DNA of 64,000 bases from the human T2T-CHM13v2.0 reference genome, Homo sapiens. Below the pieces are notes generated by a model. It saw only the letters and a program-made list of their open reading frames with translations. It did no database searches and was not told where the DNA came from. This document shows positions 15,691 through 29,227 of the stretch, in pieces. Location: assembly GCF_009914755.1 (NCBI RefSeq), contig NC_060936.1; one strand, given 5' to 3'. The translations under genes and the position numbers were made by a program. Position 1 is the stretch's first letter, and each line of letters starts with the position of its first letter.

Positions 15691-18600
15691 CACATGCACC
15701 TATGCAACAATTAACTTCATCCATTTCTATTCCATTAAACCAGTATAAGTGGAATCCTGGTTCCTGCTGGGATCACTGCAGATTTGCCAGGTTACAGTGC
15801 TCAGATTTCTTTGTGTAAACAGTGGACAGAAATGCCTGGGCCTGCTCATCCCTTCATGGCACTAAACCCCTGCTGAGGACACAGGGCAGAATGGATAGAC
15901 CATCCCTGTGATATCACAAATGCACTGGGATTAGTACATTTGGAATGATGTTGAGGCTGGTAGGACATTGAGCATTCCTTTGGTGGTAGTTCATGAATAT
16001 GTTTTGGTCTTTTAATATTAAGATCCTTTTAAAAAATTCAGTACTTTACTGCAGTTGTTTAAAGGATATCTGTGAACATTTAATATGCAAGGTGTTTGAG
16101 AGGCTGCTAAAGGAGCTTAATTCATTGAGATTCGCTGAAGTTGTAACACAACACAATGTCATGTCCTCCTGGAATCGCATTGTCATCAATCCTGTGGGCT
16201 CTTCACTTGGTTGAATCACAGTGGGATGCCAGCCACTTAACTCCAGTTTTTGAAACAGAAAAAACTGGAAATTAGCCTCCCTGGATTTCAAAATAAGCTT
16301 ATAAAATGGGGCTGAGAGATGTGTAATTGTAAGACTTCGTAATTTAGCCATTTCAGGGAGGTTTTATACTGGCATTCCAGTACATTTTCTGGAAAGATTA
16401 GGCTACCAATGGAAGAAAGTACTAGGCTTTAAGAAAGGAGGTTTGCCTGGCACTTGACACAATTTATTGCTCTGGCTTTCCCTATACATCAGTTGAAATA
16501 TGGTTAAATGCCAGTTAAGTCACCACAGTTGAAATTATGAGGCAAGTAAAATAATGCCACTTATGTATCATAAAATACCACATCTCTATCTCATGATAGG
16601 CTTTAATGCTCAGACATTAGTATGCCAGTTTTTGTTGTTGTTGCAAGCAGTAGAGGCTTAAATCAGCTTAACCAAATATTAGAGAGAATACATTGGCTCA
16701 AGGACGGGGGCAACCCAGGAGGCAAATGCGGCGCATTGGCTAGACCTAGGGCTTGATGTGATGGAATCCTCCCTGTCACTCCCTGCCTTTGCCAGCACTG
16801 CTGCATTCTCTCTGGCCTTCATTCTCAGGTGCTCTTCACGTGCTGGGAGCTTACCTCCTGCTAGTTCAGAATCCCCTCCAGAAGGAGGTCAAGTGTTCAG
16901 TTTCCTCTACCCCCACTTCTTTCTGTAGGCCTTGCGAGGACCACTCTCTGTTAGTGCAGACTTTCTTTAGGCTGTGAACGGTATCATTGATTAGGTTTCA
17001 GTGCTTTTCATAACAAGCATATTCTAGTCATGCCTCCCTCATTAGCTTGATGGGACTTGCTGTTGCCCACATTTTTAAACCATGCATTTAGGCAGTCTTG
17101 TAGGTCTCTAACATGGTTGATGAAATGCACTGATTAATTTAGAGTCTTACCGGCTTCCTCTTTAAAGGATGGTTACCTTTATTTCAAAGCTCCAGGAGAG
17201 GTGGGGTCCCCCTATTACCCAGCCTGGGCTGCCCTAAATCTGCTGTCCTCCAAGGAGACTGAAGCACTTTCCTTCCTCATTCCCCTGCTGTTGACCTACG
17301 TGGAAGCACTTGCCAAGCAGTACTTTAAGTGTCTAGGTAAGAAGCACTTCAAATCTCAGCTTGGATGTTCTGCCCAAGTTGGAGAGTGATGCTCTCAATT
17401 ATTTTCAACTGAAGGATGCCATTCAATGTTATAGCAATCTGGGATTTTCCTTTCATGGCCTGTGCTGGGTGTGGGGTTGGCAGTTTGAGGAATATTTCAG
17501 GCCGATTTCATTTAGTGTGGTCTTGACAAGGTATGGGGGCTTTCCTGTCTACATCATTTTATCCTTACAGGCTTCCAAGGTTCCATACTTTATTCCAGGA
17601 GATTTATAAAAGTTGTGGACTGTTGAAAAGTGAGTTGGGTGGTGACTGAGTAGAGTCTTGAGCCACAGATACTTATTGTTCCTTTTGAACCCTCGGTAAG
17701 TGTTGACTGTGGACTGTCCAGACTGTTTTTATCTGTATCTCTTTCTTTGTGAAGTCATTCGGGCCCTCTTCTTCTGAACCAGGGGTTTCTTCCTCTCTTT
17801 ACCTAAGCATAAATTGAGCTGCATTATTACTTTAATTGATTTCTGAGATGTTATTGATCAAGCTAGGAGTTTGACTTTGTCTGAAAAACTCATTTATTGA
17901 TGAAGCTTTAGGTAATCATTTCAAGTAAGAGTTCCCGCTCAGCAGGTGGCCAGGAGTTGGGGTTGAGCAGCCGGTGGCTAGCAGGAACATGCCTGAGGCA
18001 GGCATGACTGACAGGTGCAGTGGTGAACAGGAGACCCGTTTACATCTTAGCCATGCTTGATCATGAGTTGGCAAAGGACTCTGCTCGTTGTTGTGAGTTT
18101 AGACAAAGCAACCACCATCCTGACTGTCATCCTTCACCACGCCAAAGGGGAAGAGAGCCCTGAAATTCTCCCACTAGCAATTAAATGATCAGTCCAGACC
18201 TGACACACGCTGCTTTATTTACCACTCACTGGCCAAAATTGATCCACATGACCCTACAAGCCAGTGTGTTTTAAACTAGAGGCATCCTCTGGTTCTCTGA
18301 GGGTGTATATTTCTATGTCCTGGTCAGAAGGCTGGGAGGATAATGAGAAGAACAGTAAAGGATGATTTAATTTACATGGGAATGCTGAGTTGATGGCTAG
18401 GTGTTTTTTCTGTTTAGCATTAGTAGGAATTGCACTGAATATGTGCAATAAATCACTGTGTGTATGTGGATGGTGGGTGAGGGTGTGGAGAAAATCACAC
18501 ACAGCATCCTTTGCTGCCCCCTTCACTTGCAGATCAGTCAGTTAAGCAAATAGCTTTTGTTGGCTGGAGACATCTAACCATGTTGTTAGCATGTTTCAGA

Positions 18601-19278
18601 GACAATATCTGACTTCCTAGCAGAGAAATGTCTGTGATTACATAATAGGACATTGCAGTCCTTGTGCCACGTCTTGTTAGCCTGTGTTTTATAAACCAGC
18701 CAGGCTGGTCCCCTGGTGGAGGGACTCAGAAAACATAACTCAGGAGACAGGTAAAGAGGATACCCCCTGATTCTAGTTGGAAAGACCAGCTTACACTCCA
18801 GGCTGCGGGGTCCTTGGAACACATTTATTTACTTTGGGTTACTAGAGTCCCATGGGGCTTGTTCTAATGTCCTTACAGAGGATACTGGTTAACGGTGTCT
18901 CTGGAGGTGACTTCCTAAGAGCTTCTGGCACAGTCTTCCATTGCTTTCATTTCTAGTAAATCAGGTCTCCTGCCCAAAGGGCATGCAGGTTTCCTGTGGG
19001 TTATCTTTGGGGAAAGTGACCTGGACCTGTTGGTGATAAGCTTGGGAATGCTCAGTTAGCAAAATAATAATAATCTCTATAGGATTGTCCTTTGCTTTTG
19101 AGATTGCTTTTGAGTAAGTCCCACAACATTAATTGAGCCAATTCATCTGGGAGAAGCAAGGCCTCTACTAGGCCTTTGGTGTGGTTATCATGTTTAATTA
19201 AAATGCCAGCTGCAAATAAGAAGCTCCTAAAGCTTACCAAAATCACAGACCATCCCCAAAGCATATCTGCTGTCTGTG

Positions 19279-19322
19279 TAGACATTTGATCTTGTATCTC
19301 TAGACATTTGATCTTATATCTC
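19279..19322. repeat. 22-bp tandem duplication, one mismatch
   Basis: tagacatttgatcttgtatctc / tagacatttgatcttatatctc. Confidence 0.9.
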
Positions 19323-19437
19323 TAGCTAATTGACAGGCCCTAGGAAATTCTAAAATTTTGATAATTTGTTGACCAAATTTAGTATTTCGGCCTTTCAGAG
19401 GAGATTGGATTTGAGCAAGACTGATTGAGTTGAGAGC

Positions 19438-20310
19438 TATAGGGAGAACCCCTGAGACTATTGCTATGGAATAAAAGATGAAATGCTCCTGATTATTGTA
19501 AATACAAAATTGCATGCAGGATTGTGTAAAGACAATGCCAGGTTGGACTGCCAGAATGAGCCAACAGCGCGTGATGTGCTTCCCCCTGCAGAGAGCCTAT
19601 GAATGGACATGCAGTCAGGGAGGTTTCACATCACCAAGATTCCTATCCCAGAAAAGCAGATGTTCATAGCTCTGGGAATGGAATGCGACCCTTATGGAGA
19701 GCCTATAAGTGGACGCATGGGGGGTGCCTGTCCATATGGATAAGATAGGGCTATAAACGCCCTCATCTTGCCACGGCTCTTCTAGGCCTCTTTAGGGTTA
19801 AGGCATACTCCCTTCTGAGAATTTCTGGTCTAACCGGTTGTCTAGCTTCACGTCCTGTTTCTGTGGATTGTTTGTAACAAGCTTTTGCTGCAACTGTTAC
19901 TGCTGATAATATTTTACTAATCATAGGTTATGGAAAGATTGTGTTTCTGTTTTAAGGCTCTGTTAGAAATTACTGACGCACACACTATATTGTAAATTCT
20001 TATCTTTGTATACTGTACTTCTGCATACAAATGTTATGTTAAAGAATTACTTCATCCCTATGTGACCATCTCACCTCATAATCAAATGACCCTAAATCCC
20101 TCACTAACCTACCCCTGCCCTCACTAAACTTAATAATAAATGCTGGTATATCCAGTGCATTGTTGGCACCATGGGACCAGAAGGCGGTGATCCCCCGGGA
20201 CCCAGCTTTCACTATCTTGTGTGTGTCTATTATTTCTCAACCTGCCAGTCCACCTGGGAACAAAGAGAGAGCCCCGTTGCATTGCAGGCTGCTGGCCAGA
20301 TCCTGCAATA
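19438..20310 (+). mobile_element. HERV-K-class solo LTR, MER11D-like
   Basis: 873 bp bounded by a perfect 6-bp TSD gagagc (19432-19437, 20311-20316); TATAAA ~19752, AATAAA ~20135; 3' end (gacccagcttt...ttatttctc...caata) homologous to MER11 LTR ends. Confidence 0.82.
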
Positions 20311-20377
20311 GAGAGCCTCTTTGGTTCTCAAACAGGACTCACTTACAAACACTTGTAAGTTTGAATTATCTAAGCAG

Positions 20378-20603
20378 AATGTCTCAGCTTTTGACACAAT
20401 TGGCATTTCAGGCTGGGGGAATCTCTGGTGGGGAATCTCTACAAATCTCTGGGCATTGTAGGAAGTGCAGCAGCCTCCTGGCTTCTACCCACTGGATGCT
20501 GCTAGTAGGACCTCCCCTAACCCTGGGGTGACAACTGAAAATGTTTGCAGACATTGCTAACTGTTCCCTGGGGGACAAAGTTGGTGCCATTTGAGGACCA
20601 CTA
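20378..20603. mobile_element. MER20 (hAT-Charlie)
   Basis: gcattgtagga...cagcagcctcctggcttctacccactggatgc...gtgacaactgaaaatgtttgcagacattgc...tgaggaccact. Confidence 0.75.
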
Positions 20604-21299
20604 GTTTCAAGGTGTTTCAAGGAAGCTAGAGGGAGGCAAGAAACATTCCCATTTGAGGACATGATAATCTGAGGTTCCTCTTGCAGAGGGTAAGGCATGG
20701 AGAGGTTTATTTGGAATGTCATAAGAATGGATAAAAACATGTGAAATGGAAGGGGAAGAATTTTGTAGGACGTCAATCTAGAAATAGAAAAATACTGGGT
20801 ACTATCAGGGAAGAGTAAAGTCTGAATGGCTTGAGGGGCTGTGAGGTTACGTGGATGTCCTAACTCCAGGTAGCAGGCTTAGGTCAACTTGGTTGCAGCA
20901 AATGAGGAGAGTAGATTTTTGTTCTATGGGGTCAAGCGAGAGACTAATAAATGGTGGGTCTCTGATCTCCCTTGTGCTATTGAGTTAGGATCTCCAATGC
21001 TTGTCCCTATCTTTGATGTACAAGTAGAGAGAGAGTCGTATAGTAATTGGGAGGGCCTAAGGATAGGAAGGTTTTGAAGGAAGTCCTCAAAGAAACAGAA
21101 GACAGGTGAAGACAGTTCAGAACAAGGGTTTTATGTCAGCTTTTGTCAGATCGAATAAAGGGAGAGCCAGTTCAGAAAAGTTAGGAATCCAGTCTCTTGT
21201 AAGGTTGAGAAATCCTTCAACTTGTCTTTTGGTAATTGGATGGGAAGGTTCACAAACAGCTTCCTATCTTTGAGAGAAAAGAGACTTTCCATTTTGTGG

Positions 21300-21775
21300 A
21301 GAATTGCCAGATAAAATACAAGATACCCACGTAAATATGAATTTCAGATAAATGAGGAATAATATTTTAGTATATGTATGTTCTATGCAATACTGTTCTC
21401 TGTTCCATACAATATTTGGGAAATACTTATATTAAAAATTATGTCGTTTACTTGAAATTCAAAATTAACTGGGTATCCCATATATATTTTAATTTTAATT
21501 TTAAGTTCCAAGGTACATGTGCAGAATGTGTGGGTTTGTTACATAGGTAAACATGTGCCATGGTGGTTTGCTGCATGTATCAACCCATCACCTAGATATT
21601 AAGCCCAGCATGCATTAGCTGTTTTTCCTGATGGTCTCCCTTTCCCCACCCCACCCCCGACAGGCCCCAGTGTGTGTTGTTCCCCTCCCTGTGCCCATGT
21701 GTTCTCATTGTTCAGCTCCCACTTGTAAGTGAGAACAGGACATCTCATATTTTTATTTGTTAAATTAGGTCCCAA
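21300..21775. mobile_element. MER53 palindromic MITE interrupted by an L1PA 3' end
   Basis: ttgccagataaaatacaagatacccacgtaaatatgaatttcagataaa ... inverted arm tttacttgaaattcaaaattaactgggtatcc; resumes tttttatttgttaaatt after the L1. Confidence 0.75.
21487..21738 (-). mobile_element. Strongly 5'-truncated L1PA (about PA8-PA10) 3'UTR
   Basis: ttttaagttcc...tacatgtgcag...ttacataggtaaacatgtgccatggtggtttgctgca...ctcccacttgtaagtgagaaca. Confidence 0.9.
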
Positions 21776-22082
21776 TTTTGTGGGATGCCATGGCTGAATA
21801 ATGTACTGGGGTCTGACATTTTTGGAGCTCATCTTTGGAGATTTTGTGTCCTTTGTATGCTAATATTGACAGGTGGAGGAGACCATTTTGCAAGACTCTC
21901 AGTCTGGAAAGCATGACAGATTATTCATGTACTGTATAGGGCAGAGTGCAGGTGGATGTCTCTAAGGCTAAGTATTTGTAAGATGTAAGAGGACACTTCT
22001 GCAAACCCATGAGGAATAACCGTTCAGGTGTAGCATTGATTTTCCAGTTGCGTGAAAATAGGGTACTGTCGTAGTTCATTTT

Positions 22083-22177
22083 GTGCATGTATGTGCACGT
22101 GTGTGTGTATCTGCATGAGTGTGTGTGTGCACATATGCACGCACGAATGCATGTGTGTGCCCATGTGCACATGTGTA
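22083..22177. repeat. (TG/CA) alternating purine-pyrimidine low-complexity tract
   Basis: gtgcatgtatgtgcacgtgtgtgtgt...gtgcacatgtgt. Confidence 0.85.
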
Positions 22178-22209
22178 GGACCTGTGTGGTTGAGTGGAGC
22201 AAACTTACT

Positions 22210-22925
22210 ACACTTTGGGATCTTTGCCCTTGCTGTTCCCCTTGCCTGGAACCCTGATCCTTGTCCTCTGCCACTGAAATCTCAGCTCTCAAATCTCTCC
22301 TCTTCAGAAAGTCCTCCTTTCACTACTTTATCTAAATGATCTCTCTCCCCATCACTTTATCCTGTTTTATCTTTATCTCTGCATCCAGTAGAATGGGCTA
22401 TTTTATGATGTGATAACAAACCACCCCCAAATCTCAGTGGTTTAAAACTACAAAGGTTTATTTCTCACTCAAAATATGAGCTCTTCAAGGTTCAGCAGGA
22501 GGAATCTGACAACTACAGTGCCTCAGATGGCTGAAGGAGCACCTCATCTTGAAAGTTGCTGGTGGCTGTGGCAGAGGGAAACAGAGATTCATGCTAGTAA
22601 CTAAGTACGTATTCTGGACTGAAGGGAGATACAAAATGGGTTGGCTGAAACTAGTCACCTGGGCCCACCCAATCCCAAGTGGAGCAGATGTGCAGTACTC
22701 TCGCGTGTTCAGAAAATGCGGAGCTGGAAGTATTTGGGAAAGGTCACTGATTATACCAAATTCATGATTGAATAGTTGCCTTATCTATTTTTTATTTGCG
22801 TGTTAACTGTTTCTTTCTACTAGAATATAAACTCCAGAAGAGCTCACGGTTGATCCCAGTGCTGAGAACAGAGCTTGGCACAGAGTAGATGCTCAAAAAT
22901 ATTTCATTGAATGTTTGAATGAATA
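22210..22925 (+). mobile_element. L2 3' fragment interrupted by an old MLT1 LTR (~22385-22765)
   Basis: cttgctgttccccttgcctggaa...; ends cttggcacagagtagatgctcaaaaatatttcattgaatgtttgaatgaat; insert has tgataacaaaccacccccaaatctcagtggtttaaaac. Confidence 0.6.
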
Positions 22926-25280
22926 TATCATAATCCATAACTTGGAGACCCAGACAAAGAGTATAAGTTTGTGAAACTCTGGTAGAATTAGGGATTGAGA
23001 ATGGACAACTCTGTGGCTCCAACTTCTTTTTATGTTTCCTGGCTTCTTTTTGATGTTCTGGGACTGTCCTCACTTTAAACATTCGGTTCCCATTAGAAGC
23101 TCACAGATCTCAGACCATGTGTTCTCACTCTGAGTTCAGCAGGTGCGGTCCCAGACTCCTGGGATCTCTCATTAGGGTGCATCGGCTGTCCAACATCAGT
23201 GAGAGCAGACGAATTATTGCCTTAAGACGGAGAAGAGTTTTCAGAGAAACTGGCTCTGCAGGTGCTGACCTTGCAGGTTCAGATCTGAGAGAGGATTTAC
23301 TCTTCGCTTAGTTGTGAGGCCCAAGCGCAGCCCCCTCCCCTCCCCGGGCTGTGCTTTGTCTCCTGGCACCCTGGGGGCCCTCTCTGGTGGTGGTGAGTGT
23401 ACGGGGGACATAGACATGATGTCAAAGGTCAGTTAGCCTGATGGCCATCACACAGCCACACAGCCTCTCATTAGTGCAGCCTGGCTCAGCCACCAGAACA
23501 GGTTTTTGCTTTTTCATCCTATTGTTTCAGGCCAATTAGTGGTCTTTTTTCTCAGAGGGCCTGACATGGTGCTGACTCACCGCTGGATCTCATCGTTATT
23601 TGAAATAGTTTTCATTCCTTGAGAACATACACCAGTGGACCCGTTTCTGAAAATAAGATTGATGTGCAGTGAGCATTGGGCAAATTCAAGGAGGTGGTAC
23701 CTGAATCCTGTGTGAACTCGATGTCCCTTTCCTTGGAATCCAGATAGTCAGCTACTTGAGTCACGTACACGAGGCCTTCTCCTGTCCTGGACCATCTTAT
23801 TATATTTTTGCATCCTGCAACTGGGTAGATGAGCAGTCTTGTGAGATGAAAGGAAAGAATCCAGCTTCTTACCACTATAATTGATGTATCAGTCTGGTTC
23901 ACACTTGCTCCTCAGGCCCAAATTAGTTTCTCTTAATCAAAATATGGCAGGGTAAGAATGGGCTCAGTTCTGTGTAAAGAATTTCAGGAGTGCTTTAAGA
24001 GACACAATCAGCAAAGGAGAAGCTAGAGAAGTTACATGCACATAATTTTTTCTATTTGTAGTTGGCTTAAGAGCTAATTTCTTTAGAGTAATTGGCCTAT
24101 AAGAAAGATTTCGAGGCTGTTGTAATTAATACAATGGGCCAAGTCACAGACGTGATACAATCATTGGGTATTAATTAATTGGTGACAGGAGAATTTCTGT
24201 TTCCTGGAGGAGAGCTCTTCACTTAGGGAGATTTACACATTTTGGGATTACAGGAACCTGCAAATCCCTTCCATTGACTTTCTGCTTAGCTGACATTTAT
24301 TGAAAATCTGCCAGGTGAGTGGAAGGTTACAAGAATTCTAATCTGATTGTTGACCCAGATGGCCTTCAGAGTGTCAAACTACTTGTGGGCTTCTCCCAAC
24401 TCTGCTAATTTCAAGGTTAATGAGGTTGAAGATTCTGTTTGGATTTGTTTTTTTAATATCTCAAGGTGTTTGTCTGTCTCTCTCCCTCTCTTTCATTTTT
24501 TTCCTTTGCTCTGGTGGTGTTGAAATAATCCTTTGTGACTCAGAGGTGCCATGTGTTTTGGGAGTGACTGAATCAAAGGTAGTTACTTTAATTTTAGAGA
24601 ACGCTGGTTGTCATTTGTGATACTCCTTGGAAAAGTTGTCTTCATCTTTTACCTGTTACTGAATCTGTTGTAATGGCACCTGCCTGCAAAACATTAGCAC
24701 TGGTGATTCCTTGTCTAATAATGGTGGAGGAACTGCTACAATGCTAATATTCACACCGATGACAACTATAAACTCAGGAGAAAATGCAAAAAACAGCTAT
24801 TTAAAGGTTACAGAGAGTAACCAAAAGCAGCAGACACTTGCAAGCAGGGAATGGCATTGGATGAGTTTCTCATTTTATGACTTAGACACTGATGGAAGTA
24901 CCCATGCAGGGAAGCTGAATTGCAGAAAGCTCAGTCTTACCGGCTTGAAGAACCAGAGGCAGTGTTTGGGGCAACCACAACCACTGGAAAATGAGGGGAG
25001 AATGCTGGAAAAAAAAAGATCTAGAGAAAGAGAGGCCTCACATTCTGTATACAATCTCTGCCCAAATCTATGGCTGACCCTGGAATCGCACATGCATTAT
25101 GAAGACTCCAGGAAGCTCAGCTTAACTCCCTATTTAATAAAAAAGTAACAACATGATTCTTCAGACATGTGTAATAGAATCCAGAGTCTCTACAATGCAT
25201 TGTTCCACAGTGTCCAGGACGTGATCCAAAATTACTTGACATAAGAAGGAACAAGAAAATGAGACTCACACACCAGAGGA

Positions 25281-25281
<1 letters not shown>

Positions 25282-25317
<36 letters not shown>
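25282..25317 (+). repeat. Pure A36 tract
   Basis: Uninterrupted A run inside the old L1. Confidence 0.95.
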
Positions 25318-25318
<1 letters not shown>

Positions 25319-25538
25319 AGTAAGTGGGGACTTGTGCAAAGGTGACCCAGATAATGGAATTATCAGGCTAGGATTATAAGGTAGTTATTATTATTATTAT
25401 TACATTATAGACATTAAGGAAAATATGCTCCTACTGAAAGGAAAGACATGAAATGGAGAAAAATAGAAACTACAAAAAGAATAAAGTTGAAGTTGTAGAA
25501 CTGAAACATATAATATCTGAAATAAAAAAGTTTACTGG

Positions 25539-25838
25539 GGCCGGGTGCGGGGGCTCTTGCCTGTAATCCCAGCACTTTGGGAGGCCAAGCAGGGCGGATC
25601 ACTTGAGGTCAGGAGTTTGAGACCAGCCTGGTCAGTGTGGTGAAATCCCGTCTCTACTAAAAATACAAAAATTAGCTGGGCCTGGTGGTGCATGCCTGTA
25701 ATCCCAGCTACTCGGGAGGCTGAGGCAGGAGAATCGCATGAACCGGGAGGCAGAGGTTGCAGTGAACTGAGATCACACCACTGTGCTCAAGCTTGGGCGA
25801 CAAGAGCGAAACCCCGTCTCAGAAAAAAAAAAAAAAAA
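25539..25838 (+). mobile_element. AluS (Sq/Sz-like)
   Basis: Full dimer ggccgggtgcgg...gacaagagcgaaacc + A tail; flanking a-rich..ttactgg repeat. Confidence 0.93.
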
Positions 25839-27357
25839 TTACTGGGTGGCTTACCAGAGGATTGGAGATGATGGAAGAAAGAGTCAGTGAACTTTAAGAC
25901 AGACCAATGGAACTTATTCAGTCTGAAGAACACAGAAGAAAAACATTGACAATGTTAATTAAAAGGGCCTCAGGGCCCTGTGTGACGATAGGAAGTTGTC
26001 TATGTGGAATTGAGTCCAAAAAGAAGAAAAAGGAAAAGGGACAGAAAATATATTTGAAGAGGTAATGCTTATAAATTTCCCAATTTTGCGAAAGACCTAT
26101 ACTTGTCATATGACCAAGCAAACTTACTTCTAGGTATTGCATTAAGATAAATGAAAACGTATGTTCATACAAAGAGATATATATGAATGTTTACAACAGC
26201 ATATTCATTTTCAGTCTAGCCAAGAACTGGAAAGAACTCAAGTGTGCATTAACTGATGAATAGATAAACGAATTGTAAACTTCTGAACAACAGAATCCTA
26301 CCCAGTTATAGAAAGGAGCTTGCTACTGATGGGCACACAAACATGGATTAACCATCAAAGCCTCATGTTAAATGAAAGAAGCCGGATACAAATTATATTC
26401 TGTGTGATTCCAATTTATATGAAATTCTAGAAATGGAAAAACTGGAGTGAGAAAAAGTAGATCAGTGGTTGTCAGAGTTGGGGAGTGTGGCAAGCGAGTT
26501 GTCTGAAAAGGGTCATAAGAGCACTTTTTCAGGGTGGTGGGAAGATTCTATATCTTGAGTGTGGTGATAGTTACATGACTATGCATTTGTCAGAACTCAT
26601 GGTATATTCTTAAAATAGTGGATTTTATCCCATGTAAATTATAGTTATTTTTAATATTAAATTTTATAATGGAGGTAAAAGTAAAAAAAAATTATATTTC
26701 TATGTAACTTATGGCTCTTTCCATGCAACTCTCTTAAGTGGGACATAATTTTTGAAAAAAATACTTTATCAAAATACTTTATCAAATACTAACCAGCTTA
26801 ATGCACAAAAAAGGTTTGAGAGATAGAAGTCATCTCTGACATCAACATGATGAACATATAGCTTCAATACCCTTCTGGGTCTCATGCCAGCCTAAACTTG
26901 ATAAGCTAAGGTGTAACTGTTTGCATGGACAGGGATTGGGTCTTATATCTTTCTTGTATGCTAGTACTTCATATTTTAAGGTGTTCAATAAAGAGAAGAT
27001 TGTTGCTTCAGAAGCACTGAGTGCCCAATAAGTTAGGATTCAAATATTACGTTTGTGTTTTTGAGATTCCAGCATATCATGGCTTTGCCATTCCAAACTT
27101 CTGCAGGGCAGAGGGAAACTCCTTTGCAGGAAAATTGCCAAACAGAAATTCCCTCATGCTCCTATGGAAGGTAATGCAGAAGCCCATAGATGAATATTGA
27201 AATTGGAAGACTGGGAGATGAGTGGTGCCTGTCTAGACCTAGGCAGGGTTGGACACGAATAAGACCTCAGACACAAGGATGAAAACATGACAATCTAGGA
27301 AAGCCAAAGGGGTGTCATGTTGAAGTGTCTTTACTTTGAGGTTCACAGATTATGCAT

Positions 27358-28270
27358 GCATTCATTCATTCATCCATCCATGATATGTTTATGAAGTGCC
27401 TACTATGGTACTTTCCTAGGCACTGGGGGGTAATATAGGAACATGCAGACAAAACCCTTGCCCTCACTGGGCTTACAATCTAGTGGACAGAAATAGCCCA
27501 AAGAAAGGTAATAAATAAAATAGAGTATGTTTGATGGTGCTGTTGAGAAACAGCAAGGAAGGTGATAGGGATCGCTCTAGTGTAGGAGATGGGTCTTTCA
27601 GCAGGCTTATCAAAGAAGACACCACTGAGAAGACAGCTGTTGAGTTTAGTCCTGAAGGCGAGGCCAAGGATGGTATAGCTGTCATAGGGAGGAGTGGCCC
27701 AGGTAGAGGCATGAGCTAGTGCAAAGGCCCTGAGGCAGCAGCATGGCTGGAGCTGGGGGAACAGTAAAGGTGCCGTTGTGGCTCAGGCAGAATGAGCAGG
27801 GAGAGAGTGGGGGACAAGTGTTTAGGGAGGTATCTGGCCATAGAGCTAAGGGGCCGGGTATAGATTCTTGTAAGGACTTTGCCTTTTATGTGACTGAGAT
27901 GAGAATTCCTCAAGGTTTTGAAAAGAAGAGAGAAGAGTATGTGACTTAAGTTCTAACACAAGCACTCTGGCTGCTGTGTGGAGAGAAGAGAGTGTGGGAG
28001 TGGTGGTGAGAGTGGACACAGAGAGATCAGGTAGGAGGTTATTGCAGTCGCCCCGGCAAGAGACGATGGTGACTTGGCCTAGGGCAGAAACAGTAGATGC
28101 AGTTAGAGTGAGGTATTTAAAAAATACATATTTTTAAGGTAGAACCAGCAGGCTTCCTGGACACATTACACGTGCACTATTAAGGAAAGAGAAGAGTTAA
28201 GGACGACCAAGATTTTGACCAGAGTAACTGGAAGGATGGTTGGAGTTGCCTTTAATGGGGAAGACTGCAA
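27358..28270 (-). mobile_element. L2 (about 900-bp 3' portion)
   Basis: cattcattcattcatcc tail; ctaggcactgggg, gtgcaaaggccctgaggcag, actctggctgctgtgtggaga. Confidence 0.8.
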
Positions 28271-28873
28271 TAAACTTCATGATCTTTGCACCTTCTAACT
28301 CCATCCTTTGAGAGTAGTAAATTCTCCTAGTAAGTACAATCAAATATCTGCGGCCTTTACATTTTGCTCTAGGTGAATGTGAGCACTCTTCTGATCTAGT
28401 GTTCTGCAGGAAGTTCATCTTGGGCCTGATCTTTGTAGGTCAGCCACGAACAAAGCCCTGGTCATCTCATTGTTACAGTTCCCTTAATGGAGAGCCCAGT
28501 GTAATCCTTTGTGCGTGATGCTGCTCCTGTACCTCAGCAGGGAAGACACCAGGTCTGGGAAAAAATTGGCACTGATTGCAGTTGCAGCTGCCAACTAGCC
28601 CCTGGTAACCAGAGTGGCTTTCAGGGTGTTGGACTTATAGGAGCCCTCCATGGCCACCTGGGAAAATCTAGCTAACCAGCGTGCATATGGCATGACTCCA
28701 GGACCATGGTCTCATTAGCAGATGCTTCTACTTGATGGAGTCAACTTGCCTATTAGGCATGTAGAGGATCCCCACTTAATGAGGCCCTTCCCAGTAGAGA
28801 TGCAGAGTAATCCTGTGCAACATGACAGAAGAAAAGTTTCCACTCAGAAGCAGACTGTTTGAAAAGTAATTAG

Positions 28874-29227
<354 letters not shown>

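Larger units (their letters stand above)
13640..15785 (+). mobile_element. LTR33-like ERVL LTR split by the minisatellite
   Basis: Right flank tccctccaaggctgtagctcctgttggatggcccctcctccatggctccag...ttcttccccttgacccttc...gttcctgctggga follows recalled LTR33 3' half; left flank gcattgatgggagaccagagggcagg fits its 5' half. Confidence 0.6.
24707..26690 (+). mobile_element. Ancient L1M (MC/ME-type) fragments: 5'/ORF1 region joined to ORF2 end and 3'UTR
   Basis: A-rich ORF1-like text (gtgacccagataatggaattatcag, gagtcagtgaactttaagacagac); at ~26105 tatgaccaagcaaacttacttctaggtat (YDPAIPLLGI-like), then gatcagtggttgtcag...gatagttacatgactatgcatttgtcagaactca. Confidence 0.7.
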
